Positions 1 through 8,588 of a stretch of 28,672 bases of DNA are shown here, piece after piece (within the stretch, counting starts at the first letter, position 1; each line of letters begins with the position of its first letter). The stretch is taken from IMG/VR virus record IMGVR_UViG_3300027813_001344, positions 1-28,672 of that record. One strand, given 5' to 3'. The notes beneath the pieces are model-generated. The model was given only the letters and a program-made list of their open reading frames with translations. It did no database searches and was not told the DNA's origin. Source of the stretch: a virus. Taxonomy: Duplodnaviria > Caudoviricetes. A program made the translations under genes and the position numbers.

Positions 1-1
1 T

Positions 2-148
2 TTAATAGATGTACCAGACGAAGAGTTAACTAGTGAAGGCAAAGACTTAAAAGAATTAATAAAGCGAATGGAGGCATCTCCTAGCTATATATTAACAGAA
101 GATGATAAAAATATATATGATCAACGCTGGAGGAAAATATACAAATGA
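2..148 (+). CDS. 3' end of a hypothetical protein (partial, runs off window start)
   Basis: Open frame LIDVPDEELTSEGKDLKELIKRMEASPSYILTEDDKNIYDQRWRKIYK* whose TGA overlaps the next ATG (ATGA at 145-148). Confidence 0.75.
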   Translation, partial: LIDVPDEELTSEGKDLKELIKRMEASPSYILTEDDKNIYDQRWRKIYK

Positions 149-843
149 AACTAACTGACACTGATATCGGTAAACAACTTAAAACTCAATATGGTGGCAA
201 CCACCGGGGGACCGACAAGACATTTGAAACCGAAACTGAGCGGCCGCCGACTCCTGAAGAGTACGCTAATGCATATAAAGATAAATTCGAACGAATAGGA
301 CACCCTGCATTACCAGGTTCTATACAAAAAATAGAAAGATTTGATCGTATACCTAATGCTACATTTGTTAATAGGGTAATGGGAGACTTTCAAACAATTA
401 CTACTGCTGAGATTTTTACAAAGAAAAAGGTTGTACTATTTGGCCTACCGGGAGCATTTACTCCAACATGTTCAACTAAACAATTACCAGCATATGACGA
501 AGCATATGATAGATTTAAAGGTCTAGGTGTAGACGAAGTATATTGTGCTTCAGTTAATGACGGCTTTGTTATGAATGCTTGGTTTGACAGTTTAGGTATT
601 AAGAATATTAAACTACTCGCTGATGGTAATGGTGATTTTTCTCAAGCAATGGGCGTTAGTTGTAATAAAAGACATCTAGGATTTGGCCCACGTTCGTGGC
701 GTTATTCAGTATATGTTATTAACGGTATTGTTGATCAAGCATTTGTTGAACCTGGATTTAATCAAACAGGTAACGACGAAGATCCGTATGAAAAATCTGA
801 TCCTGAAACACTAATCAATTATATACAAGCTACTCTCCGATAA
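145..843 (+). CDS. Peroxiredoxin, Prx5/PGdx-type, with ~60-aa N-terminal extension
   Basis: Active-site motif FGLPGAFTPTCS, SVNDGFVMNAW, LADGNGDF, RSWRYS; GGAGG SD upstream. Confidence 0.93.
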   Translation: MKLTDTDIGKQLKTQYGGNHRGTDKTFETETERPPTPEEYANAYKDKFERIGHPALPGSIQKIERFDRIPNATFVNRVMGDFQTITTAEIFTKKKVVLFGLPGAFTPTCSTKQLPAYDEAYDRFKGLGVDEVYCASVNDGFVMNAWFDSLGIKNIKLLADGNGDFSQAMGVSCNKRHLGFGPRSWRYSVYVINGIVDQAFVEPGFNQTGNDEDPYEKSDPETLINYIQATLR

Positions 844-847
844 AGAT

Positions 848-853
848 TAAATA
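848..853 (+). promoter_or_regulatory. Candidate T4-type late promoter core (TAAATA)
   Basis: TTAAATA in the short intergenic gap, 5-8 nt before the GTG/ATG of the first glycan-cluster gene; no SD; resembles the T4 late consensus TATAAATA, but the hexamer is common in AT-rich DNA. Confidence 0.4.
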
Positions 854-858
854 CAGTT

Positions 859-1629
859 GTGATGACAGTTGTATTGGTTACAGGAGGATTCGACCCTCTC
901 CACTCTGGGCATATTGCGTATTTCAAAGCGGCTAAAGAGCTAGGCGATGAATTATGGGTTGGTATTAATTCCGACGAATGGTTAATACGCAAAAAAGGAA
1001 GAGCGTTTATGCCTATAGCTGAACGCTGTGAAATCATTAGAAATCTTAAAGTTGTTGATAATGTTATTGATATTCCAAATGACGATAGGGTTGATGATGC
1101 CGGCGGTGCAATTTACAAAGCTATGGCCATAGGTGCAAGAAAAATCATTTTTGCTAATGGTGGAGATAGAACAGAAGAAACCATTCCTGAAATGAAACAA
1201 TGGGGTGCTCATCCTGATGTAAAATTTGCATTTGGAGTTGGCGGAGATAACAAGAAAAATTCTAGCAGTTGGATATTAGAAGAATGGAAAAACCCTAAAA
1301 CAATACGTGCTTGGGGTTGGTACAGAGTACTAGATGACAAGGATGGTTACAAAGTTAAAGAACTAGTAATAGAGCCTAACAAAAGTTTAAGTATGCAACG
1401 TCATCAAGATAGAGCAGAACATTGGTATATTCTTAAAGGCAAATGTACAGTTAATACAATAAACGTGTCATCTGATGTAGAAGAAAATGGTCAATTTACT
1501 GTAAATGAAACAGTTACAATTAAAGAAAATGAATGGCATCAAGGGTGTAATCATACAACAGAACCGTGTCATATATTAGAAGTACAATACGGTAGAAGAT
1601 GCGTTGAAGAGGACATTGAACGCTTATGA
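859..1629 (+). CDS. Cytidylyltransferase-like (HxGH) domain fused to mannose-6-phosphate isomerase type II-like cupin (start may be ATG 862)
   Basis: N-term TGGFDPLHSGH, FANGGDR, NSSSWIL; C-term RAWGWYRVLD..KVKELVIEP..LSMQRHQDRAEHW..HQ..EVQYG..EEDIER. Confidence 0.88.
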   Translation: MMTVVLVTGGFDPLHSGHIAYFKAAKELGDELWVGINSDEWLIRKKGRAFMPIAERCEIIRNLKVVDNVIDIPNDDRVDDAGGAIYKAMAIGARKIIFANGGDRTEETIPEMKQWGAHPDVKFAFGVGGDNKKNSSSWILEEWKNPKTIRAWGWYRVLDDKDGYKVKELVIEPNKSLSMQRHQDRAEHWYILKGKCTVNTINVSSDVEENGQFTVNETVTIKENEWHQGCNHTTEPCHILEVQYGRRCVEEDIERL

Positions 1630-1751
1630 AAATAAATTGGAAAGAAGTTTGGGAAGAATCTAAGAAATATGGAAACATAGAGGGCCCAGAAAAATGGGCA
1701 TTGATTGTTTTATTATGTTTTGTAGTATTTTTTTGGATCTTAAGTTTCTAG
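1626..1751 (+). CDS. Small (41 aa) single-pass membrane protein, not in ORF track
   Basis: MKINWKEVWEESKKYGNIEGPEKWALIVLLCFVVFFWILSF*; ATGA overlap with the upstream gene; fills the gap exactly. Confidence 0.7.
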   Translation: MKINWKEVWEESKKYGNIEGPEKWALIVLLCFVVFFWILSF

Positions 1752-1757
1752 GATAAT

Positions 1758-2447
1758 ATGTTAAACGAATTGCGTAAAGAAGAGTTTACAGAAGATGAAT
1801 GGAACATGCTAACTGTATGTAAACCTTATACTATGACAAGTGGTCGACGACTGTTACATACATATCATACTGTTAAAGAATTAGATAAAGAAAAAATTGA
1901 AGGTGCTATAGTAGAATGTGGTGTTTATAAAGGCGGCCAAATAATTAGTGCTTGGTTAGGAAACACAAAAAGCAAAAGACAATTTTGGTTGTATGATACA
2001 TTTGAAGGTATGACAACACCAACTGAAGAAGATTATAGAATTAACGCTGACGGATCTTATGGATTTGCACATCAGAGTACTAAGGCAAAAAAAGGTTATG
2101 ATCAGTGGTGCAGGGCAGAATTAAATGAAGTTGTTGAGAATATAAATCCATTTATTCCACAAAGTCAAACCAAGTATGTTGTTGGTGATGTATGTAAAAC
2201 ACTTGAGAATCCGGGAAATGTACCAACTAATATTGCATTACTTCGATTAGATACTGATTGGTATGAAAGTACGTATAAGGAATTAAAGGTACTTTGGCCT
2301 AAGTTATCAGTAGGTGGTATATGTGTAATTGATGACTATAATAGTTGGCAAGGTAGTAAAAAAGCCTTTCATGACGTCTTTGGAGATACAATGGAGATAC
2401 ATACTATTGACCAGACAGCAATTTGGTGTAGGAAGGAACGTGCATGA
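1758..2447 (+). CDS. TylF/MycF/NovP-family (macrocin) sugar O-methyltransferase
   Basis: EGAIVECGVYKGG, WLYDTFEGM, IALLRLDTDWYEST, GGICVIDDY. Confidence 0.92.
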   Translation: MLNELRKEEFTEDEWNMLTVCKPYTMTSGRRLLHTYHTVKELDKEKIEGAIVECGVYKGGQIISAWLGNTKSKRQFWLYDTFEGMTTPTEEDYRINADGSYGFAHQSTKAKKGYDQWCRAELNEVVENINPFIPQSQTKYVVGDVCKTLENPGNVPTNIALLRLDTDWYESTYKELKVLWPKLSVGGICVIDDYNSWQGSKKAFHDVFGDTMEIHTIDQTAIWCRKERA

Positions 2448-3130
2448 ATAACGTCTTTATTGGATACGATACTCGGAGCGACATTCCTTGGCAAGTGTGT
2501 GAACATAGTATTAAACGATTTAATAGTGATGTTAAAGTTGAGCCGTTAGCACAACAAGATTTACGACAACGCAACTTATACTGGAGAGAACCTGATAAAC
2601 TTGGATCAACTGAGTTTACGTTTACTAGGTTCCTTGTTCCGCATCTAATGGATTATAAAGGGTGGGCATTATTTTGTGATGACGATGTTGTATTTTTAGA
2701 AGATGTACAAAACTTATTTAATTTAGTTGATGACAAGTATGCTGTTATGTGCGTACAACATGAGTATAAACCAAAGCCGGGCTCGAAGATGGATGGAAGA
2801 GTACAAACACAATATCCAAGAAAAAACTGGAGTTCATTAGTATTATGGAACTGCGGACATCCAAGTAATCAAAACTTAACAGTTGATGTAATTAATGATG
2901 AAGGTACAACAGGAAAATATTTACATAGATTTTCTTGGTTAGAAGATGAAGAAATTGGTTCATTACCGATTGATTGGAATTGGTTAGTGGGCTGGTATAA
3001 AGAACCAAAGGACGGTAAACCTAAAGCATTACATTATACAGAAGGTGGGCCTTGGTTTAAAGATTATCGAAACTGTGAGTATAATCAAGTTTGGAAAGAT
3101 GTACTTGCAGAAACTATGCAGGGAAAATAA
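2444..3130 (+). CDS. GT-A glycosyltransferase, GT8-like (CDI-like)
   Basis: VFIGYD, STEFTFTRFLVP, ALFCDDD (DxD), YPRKNWSSLVLWNCGHP, WNWLVG, LHYTEGGPW. Confidence 0.85.
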   Translation: MNNVFIGYDTRSDIPWQVCEHSIKRFNSDVKVEPLAQQDLRQRNLYWREPDKLGSTEFTFTRFLVPHLMDYKGWALFCDDDVVFLEDVQNLFNLVDDKYAVMCVQHEYKPKPGSKMDGRVQTQYPRKNWSSLVLWNCGHPSNQNLTVDVINDEGTTGKYLHRFSWLEDEEIGSLPIDWNWLVGWYKEPKDGKPKALHYTEGGPWFKDYRNCEYNQVWKDVLAETMQGK

Positions 3131-3131
3131 A

Positions 3132-4184
3132 ATGGAATGGGATCCTAGACACTTGAAACCAGAATTAAAAGATTTAGTTAATCATATACTTGCCGCTGTA
3201 GCAACAGGCCAGGCTAAGGATGCTGTTAATGCAGTAACGCGAGCATTTGAAGATGTTAAAAAGCCTAATCTAATTTGTGTTGATAGCGGAATTAAAAAAG
3301 TAGAGAAAAAAGAAAAATCACCATTTGGATTAGTTGATTCTTTTGTAATGGCAATGGCGTTAGGATCCAATGGCAGATATATTAGAGCTGACGATATAGA
3401 CTGGGATGACAAAACTCCAATCTTAGTAAGGGGGTTAGGTAAAACTAAAATTATTAAAAAATGTATTGAAGTGGGCAGAGATTTTTATTTTATGGATACC
3501 GGATATGTTGGAAATAATCCAAGCCCAACAAATCCTAGTGGTAAAAAGACTTATCATCGAATAGTTAAAAATGCATTACAAAACCTTCACATGCCTGCTA
3601 GAGATAGACTAGAAGATAATGTAAAAGAAGCAGGTGATGATGATATAACTGCACAAAGAAAACTTGATGCTAATCTATTACTAAAAGCTCCTCAGCATTA
3701 TGGTGGTGAACGATGGAAGCGTCTTGCTATACAGTTTAAAGATGTTAAGCCTGGAAAGAAAATTCTTTTAGTTCCTCCTAGCGAAAAAGTAATGAAGTAT
3801 TTTGAATTAGATTTAGATATCTGGATTGAAAATACTGTTATGCAAATTCAAAAACATACACAACGAGATGTTGAAATTAGAAAGAAACCTAGTAGAGAAG
3901 CTCGAGTATCAGTTAATACAATGGAACAAGCACTAGATGGTGATGTACATTGTTTAGTAACATACAATAGTATTGCGGCCTTAGAATCAATGATTTATGG
4001 AAAACCTGCAATAGTATTAGGTCCTAATTGTGCTCAAGATATTGCTCAAACAAAACTGTCGCACATTGAATTTGCAAAACATCCAGGACGTAAACAACTA
4101 ACTTGGCTTTGTCGTTACCTTGCTAATAATCAGTTTACGTATGACGAGATGTTAAATGGATATGCTTGGAGTATAGTAAAATGA
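3132..4184 (+). CDS. GT-B-like protein with capsule-biosynthesis (KpsS/KpsC-like) C-terminal domain; start reassigned to ATG 3132
   Basis: FYFMDTGY, ILLVPPS, VEIRKKP, CLVTYNSIAALESMIYGKPAIV; ATG immediately follows the upstream stop. Confidence 0.65.
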   Translation: MEWDPRHLKPELKDLVNHILAAVATGQAKDAVNAVTRAFEDVKKPNLICVDSGIKKVEKKEKSPFGLVDSFVMAMALGSNGRYIRADDIDWDDKTPILVRGLGKTKIIKKCIEVGRDFYFMDTGYVGNNPSPTNPSGKKTYHRIVKNALQNLHMPARDRLEDNVKEAGDDDITAQRKLDANLLLKAPQHYGGERWKRLAIQFKDVKPGKKILLVPPSEKVMKYFELDLDIWIENTVMQIQKHTQRDVEIRKKPSREARVSVNTMEQALDGDVHCLVTYNSIAALESMIYGKPAIVLGPNCAQDIAQTKLSHIEFAKHPGRKQLTWLCRYLANNQFTYDEMLNGYAWSIVK

Positions 4185-5107
4185 GAGTAGTCGGTTACAC
4201 TAAAGTTATTCCACCTGGAACAAGAGCTAAACCGTTAAAGCATAATCATAAGGAACAAATTATACGTAACTTTGTTGCAGGAGTAAGAGAATGTGGAGAT
4301 AATGGTCTTGTCTATGACGGGTTTGAGTTATTAGAATGTGATGTTGCAATGATGCAAGGCTTTATACATGAAGGAAGTGCTCATGTCCCACACATACAAC
4401 TTAGAAGAGGCATATCAAATAATACAAGAAATAAAGCATTTATAACAGCAGATAGTAATTTATTTTTATATAAAGCAATAACTAACGAACCACATCATTA
4501 TCTACGATATAGTGTTAATGGTGTTTTTAATGATACTGGAAATTATTGTAATAAGAATTCAACAGACAGTCAGTGGCGCAAGATTCAAAGAGACTTAGGT
4601 GTTACTTTACAACCGTGGTCAATAAATGAACGTGAATGTATTTTGTTATGTCTACAACGCAATGGTGGCTGGTCAATGAAGGGCAAAGATGTTGTACAAT
4701 GGGCTAATAGTAAAATAGCAGATATTAGACAGTATAGCGAAAGACCAATTATAGTTAGACCGCACCCTGGAGATAAGAAGGCTCCTGAATATACAAAACA
4801 AATTCATGGACCTAATGTACGTATTAGTTTTGAACCTCGTATAGAACATGATTTAGCAAAGAGTATGGTTACAATCGTTTATAATAGTAGTCCAGCTGTA
4901 GCAAGTGTAATTGAGGGCGTACCAGTAATAGTAGAAGATCCTACTGCAAGTCAAGTAGCTGAAGTATGTCATACTAACTTAGCTGACATAAACAACCTAC
5001 AGAAAAAAGATAGAACTCAATGGATTAATAACATAGCACAATGCCACTGGAGCTTCAAAGATTTACTTACTGGTGAAGCATGGCAACACATGAGGAATTT
5101 TATATAA
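4181..5107 (+). CDS. GT-B-like protein, KpsS/KpsC-like; start reassigned to ATG 4181
   Basis: ILLCLQ, IIVRPHP (HP motif), IVYNSSPAVASVIEGVPVIV; ATGA overlap. Confidence 0.65.
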   Translation: MRVVGYTKVIPPGTRAKPLKHNHKEQIIRNFVAGVRECGDNGLVYDGFELLECDVAMMQGFIHEGSAHVPHIQLRRGISNNTRNKAFITADSNLFLYKAITNEPHHYLRYSVNGVFNDTGNYCNKNSTDSQWRKIQRDLGVTLQPWSINERECILLCLQRNGGWSMKGKDVVQWANSKIADIRQYSERPIIVRPHPGDKKAPEYTKQIHGPNVRISFEPRIEHDLAKSMVTIVYNSSPAVASVIEGVPVIVEDPTASQVAEVCHTNLADINNLQKKDRTQWINNIAQCHWSFKDLLTGEAWQHMRNFI

Positions 5108-5298
5108 TGGATGGTAGAGTTAATTCAAGATTTTGTAGAAAGTGCGATGCTGTATTTAGATATCAATGTACGTGTAACCCTAGAACGGCTATGGCATGGC
5201 AAAGAGAAAATGTATTCCATCAAGGAAAACGAAACAAAGGCAAAGCGGCTTTAAAATATACGCAGACTAAAGATGAAGCACAAAAAGCCAAAGAATGA
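5107..5298 (+). CDS. Small basic Cys-rich protein (CxxC...CxC)
   Basis: MDGRVNSRFCRKCDAVFRYQCTCNP; TAATG coupling at 5105-5109. Confidence 0.65.
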   Translation: MDGRVNSRFCRKCDAVFRYQCTCNPRTAMAWQRENVFHQGKRNKGKAALKYTQTKDEAQKAKE

Positions 5299-5588
5299 TT
5301 AAAGTATTTTTAAATATTCTTAGAATATCCAAGGCGTTAAAAGAACGTGGAAACTGGGAGCTTATTCGACACTCGCGACAACAGATTCAAGATTTTATTT
5401 TGTGTCGGTCAGGAATGAATAAAATGCCACTAATATCTTTACCATTTTATTGGTATCGTCTTTTAAAAGGCCCTGAGGTATTACTATGGCGTCTACAAAC
5501 ATTTGGCTTTCTTTTTACTCCTGAAGTAAAACAGGATACTAAAGACTATTTGAATAGCTATATAAAGGAAATAAAAAATGGATATTAA
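5295..5588 (+). CDS. Hypothetical protein (97 aa)
   Basis: ORF overlapping both neighbours; no motif recognised. Confidence 0.65.
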   Translation: MIKVFLNILRISKALKERGNWELIRHSRQQIQDFILCRSGMNKMPLISLPFYWYRLLKGPEVLLWRLQTFGFLFTPEVKQDTKDYLNSYIKEIKNGY

Positions 5589-6417
5589 ATTTGTAACTAC
5601 ATTTCATAAACCGGGATTAGTTGAATACGGACAACGATTTATTAATAGTTTTGCAGAGCGTGTCGATAATAATATTCCATTGATAGTGTATGCTGAAGAT
5701 TGTCAACCAAGTAATCCTAGACCCCAACAAATTATTATTAAAGATCAAAAAGAATTAACAAAACTAACAGCCTTTAAAGAAAAATGGAAAGATGTACCTA
5801 AAGCAAATGGCAAATGTCCATGGCCCGAAAGACGTCCACGTGATCATCATAAAGAGTTTAAATGGCATGCTATTAGGTTTGCTAATAAAGTTTATTCTGT
5901 ATTTAAAGAATGTCAAGACCCCGAAGCTACTTGGATAGTATGGATTGATGCTGACACCTTTGTTCATAGTAACTGGAGTTATCAACAAATATCTGACTTA
6001 TTGCCAAGAAACAAATGGATCACGTATGTAGGTAGAGGTATCGGAAGTCAAACATGGCCTGAGTGTGGCTTTTACGGTTTGAATATTAAAGATAGAATGT
6101 GTAGACAATTTTTAGACGAGTTCGAACGTTATTACGAAGAAGCCGAAGATGGTATTTTTAAATTAGATGAATGGCATGACTCATTTGTATTTGGACATAT
6201 ACTAAATCAGATGAAAGTAAAGTACCCTAATGTATTAGATTATAGTGAACACATTTATAACAATATAGCAAAGACTGGAGGTGGTGGACATCCTCTAATT
6301 AATTCTGTATTAGGAACTTGGCTTGATCATATGAAGGGTGTACGTAAGACAGAAGGCAGTAGTAGAAAAAAAGATTTATTAGTAAATAGAACTGAAGACT
6401 ATTGGAGTGGAGTATAA
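5578..6417 (+). CDS. GT-A fold glycosyltransferase (nucleotide-diphospho-sugar transferase)
   Basis: FVTTF, AIRFANKV, WIVWIDADT (DxD), ECGF, EWHDSFVF, LDHMKG; AAGGA SD. Confidence 0.78.
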   Translation: MDIKFVTTFHKPGLVEYGQRFINSFAERVDNNIPLIVYAEDCQPSNPRPQQIIIKDQKELTKLTAFKEKWKDVPKANGKCPWPERRPRDHHKEFKWHAIRFANKVYSVFKECQDPEATWIVWIDADTFVHSNWSYQQISDLLPRNKWITYVGRGIGSQTWPECGFYGLNIKDRMCRQFLDEFERYYEEAEDGIFKLDEWHDSFVFGHILNQMKVKYPNVLDYSEHIYNNIAKTGGGGHPLINSVLGTWLDHMKGVRKTEGSSRKKDLLVNRTEDYWSGV

Positions 6418-6423
6418 CTGCTC

Positions 6424-6429
6424 TAAATA
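6424..6429 (+). promoter_or_regulatory. Candidate late promoter core (TAAATA)
   Basis: CTAAATA in the 15-nt intergenic gap just before ATG 6433; no SD. Confidence 0.35.
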
Positions 6430-6432
6430 TAA

Positions 6433-7281
6433 ATGAAATTTAGCTTATGGACAGATTATGGTGCAAAAAACAGTAGAAACGTGTTTGATAATTTTGCTAG
6501 TGGGTGTCGTGTTTCCGGTCACGATGTTGTGTTTAACGATCATGACAGTGACGTATGTGTCATTTGGAGTATTCTGTGGAACGGGAGAATGGCTCCAAAC
6601 AAAAACCTATGGGAAATATGCAAGGCGCAAAATAAACCAGTAGTAGTTTTAGAAGTTGGTGGTATCAAGCGAGGTACTACTTGGAAGGTTGGGATTAACG
6701 GAATTAATAGGGAAGCAGATTTTGGTCCTAAAGAAAACGGTCCTGAACGTGCAAACTTATTAAATTTAAAGTTACATCCCTGGCGCACTAGTGGCAGAGA
6801 TATAATTATATGCGGCCAGCATGATAAAAGTCACCAATGGCGCGATATGCCAAGAATGAAGGAATGGGTTCTTGCTACTATTGAGACTATAAGACACCAT
6901 ACAGCACGACCTATAATTGTTCGTTCACATCCTAGAAATAAATTAACATTAACTGAACTTAAAACATTTACAAACGTAACATACGAAATACCCCAACAAA
7001 TTCCAAATACATATGATGACTTTGACTTTGATTTCCATAATGCATGGGCAGTAGTAAATTGGTCTAGCAACCCGGCTACCCAAGCAGTTATTGGTGGCAT
7101 TCCTGTTTTTGTAGGTCCTGAAAGTTTAGCCTGGGATGTCAGTAACACTTCATTAGACACTATTAATAATCCAGCTATGCCTAATAGACAACAGTGGCTT
7201 AATGATTTAGCGTATACTGAATGGACAATTGAAGAAATTTCTCAAGGATTGCCACATAAACACTTGACTTCTTCCTTCTAA
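6433..7281 (+). CDS. GT-B-like protein, KpsS/KpsC-like
   Basis: VVVLEVGGIKR, IIICGQHDKS, IIVRSHP (HP motif), VVNWSSNPATQAVIGGIPVFV; paralogous C-terminus to the 3132 and 4181 ORFs. Confidence 0.68.
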   Translation: MKFSLWTDYGAKNSRNVFDNFASGCRVSGHDVVFNDHDSDVCVIWSILWNGRMAPNKNLWEICKAQNKPVVVLEVGGIKRGTTWKVGINGINREADFGPKENGPERANLLNLKLHPWRTSGRDIIICGQHDKSHQWRDMPRMKEWVLATIETIRHHTARPIIVRSHPRNKLTLTELKTFTNVTYEIPQQIPNTYDDFDFDFHNAWAVVNWSSNPATQAVIGGIPVFVGPESLAWDVSNTSLDTINNPAMPNRQQWLNDLAYTEWTIEEISQGLPHKHLTSSF

Positions 7282-7292
7282 CATAGTATAAT
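7264..7292 (+). promoter_or_regulatory. Sigma70-type promoter TTGACT-N17-TATAAT, 9 nt before ATG 7302
   Basis: -35 at 7264-7269, -10 at 7287-7292; overlaps the last codons of the upstream gene. Confidence 0.85.
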
Positions 7293-7301
7293 AGTTATAT
7301 T

Positions 7302-8588
7302 ATGTTTAGAAAAAGTGTTGGAAAAGAATCTCTTACTGTTGAAGATTGCTTGGAATTAGTTGCCGGAATAAGCCAACTTAAATTCCACGAAGACCCTACA
7401 CTCTCTAAACTCCAAAATTTTACATTACACAAAGACAATCATAAGATAATGTTTAGTATTGCTAAACAAGTATTTAGAGGTACTGCATTAACTCAACGTC
7501 AATATACCCTTGTACAAAAGCTATTAGTTGATTATTATTCAAAGCAGTTCGATTCACATGAAATAGATCTTAATGAGTGTATTGAACGATTACGTAATCC
7601 GTTACGTAAAATTAATGAAGAGCATTGGATTAAACTTTTAGATTACAAAGATATGACGATGCTTGTAATTAGATTTCCTTTTAATAAAAAAGTTCTAAAA
7701 CATATCGAAGATTTAAAAAATAGTGTAGATAAAGAATACTTCTACGAAAAGCATCAGCATTTTTTTCCGTTTGAAGAAAGATATGTTATGCGACTTGTTA
7801 CTATAGCTAAACGATTTGAAAAGAAGTTTGATATAGAACCACTAATTATGGACATATATAATCAACTAGTAGAATTTGATAATAATAAACAAGACTATAT
7901 TCCAGGTATCTACAATTATAAAATAGCTAATCTACCTGTTAAAGGAGTAGAACATTGTGTTAATAGTATTGGAGAACTTCCTGCCCAAACCAATCTTTGG
8001 AAATACTATGACCGAAGATACTTATATGGATTTGAGTGGATCGACGAAAATTCTGTATTAGAAAGTTTTAAACATTGTTCGTTACTTACAGCAAAAATTA
8101 CACAAAGACCGCATTCGCAAATATGTATTGATAGTTCAAAATGGACGCTTGACCATGTGTTAGCAAGTATACAAGAGTTGGATCGGTATCCATTGTTAAT
8201 AGTTCTTGATAGTAAACAAGCACACGATCAACTAATTGAACTGCATAGACGATTTGTAAATTTTATTCCAACAGAAGAAATGAGTGTTATGTTTAGATTA
8301 GATTCTCCAAAAGGAAACGAATTTAACCATTTCATCAGAGAGAACCACTTAAATAATATAGTTGACAACAAAACAAAAATAGTGTATATTAATAGTAATA
8401 AGGTTCCCAAGCCCTTAATAAAAACTCAATGGCGACCTTCGTGTGCATTTACTGTTGGTAGTAGAAGAAACTATTCTAAAGTAGATGGATATATTTCAGG
8501 GTCTGATTTATACATACAGTACGATACTGAGGTATCGGCGTTTGGAACATTGTGTCAAATTGGTGACAGAAAGGTAGAAATAATTTAA
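7302..8588 (+). CDS. Hypothetical phage protein (428 aa), coupled to uvsW
   Basis: Long ORF after a consensus promoter; TAATG coupling to the helicase; no catalytic motif recognised. Confidence 0.8.
   Translation: MFRKSVGKESLTVEDCLELVAGISQLKFHEDPTLSKLQNFTLHKDNHKIMFSIAKQVFRGTALTQRQYTLVQKLLVDYYSKQFDSHEIDLNECIERLRNPLRKINEEHWIKLLDYKDMTMLVIRFPFNKKVLKHIEDLKNSVDKEYFYEKHQHFFPFEERYVMRLVTIAKRFEKKFDIEPLIMDIYNQLVEFDNNKQDYIPGIYNYKIANLPVKGVEHCVNSIGELPAQTNLWKYYDRRYLYGFEWIDENSVLESFKHCSLLTAKITQRPHSQICIDSSKWTLDHVLASIQELDRYPLLIVLDSKQAHDQLIELHRRFVNFIPTEEMSVMFRLDSPKGNEFNHFIRENHLNNIVDNKTKIVYINSNKVPKPLIKTQWRPSCAFTVGSRRNYSKVDGYISGSDLYIQYDTEVSAFGTLCQIGDRKVEII
8362..8390 (+). promoter_or_regulatory. Candidate internal sigma70 promoter TTGACA-N17-TATATT ~200 nt upstream of uvsW
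   Basis: Perfect -35, 17-nt spacer, 5/6 -10, AT-rich upstream; lies inside a CDS. Confidence 0.45.

Noticed and set aside
882-910. GGAGGATTCGACCCTCTCC looks like a tRNA T-arm or hairpin
   Set aside because: It encodes the conserved GGFDPLH motif of the cytidylyltransferase; no cloverleaf or acceptor stem around it
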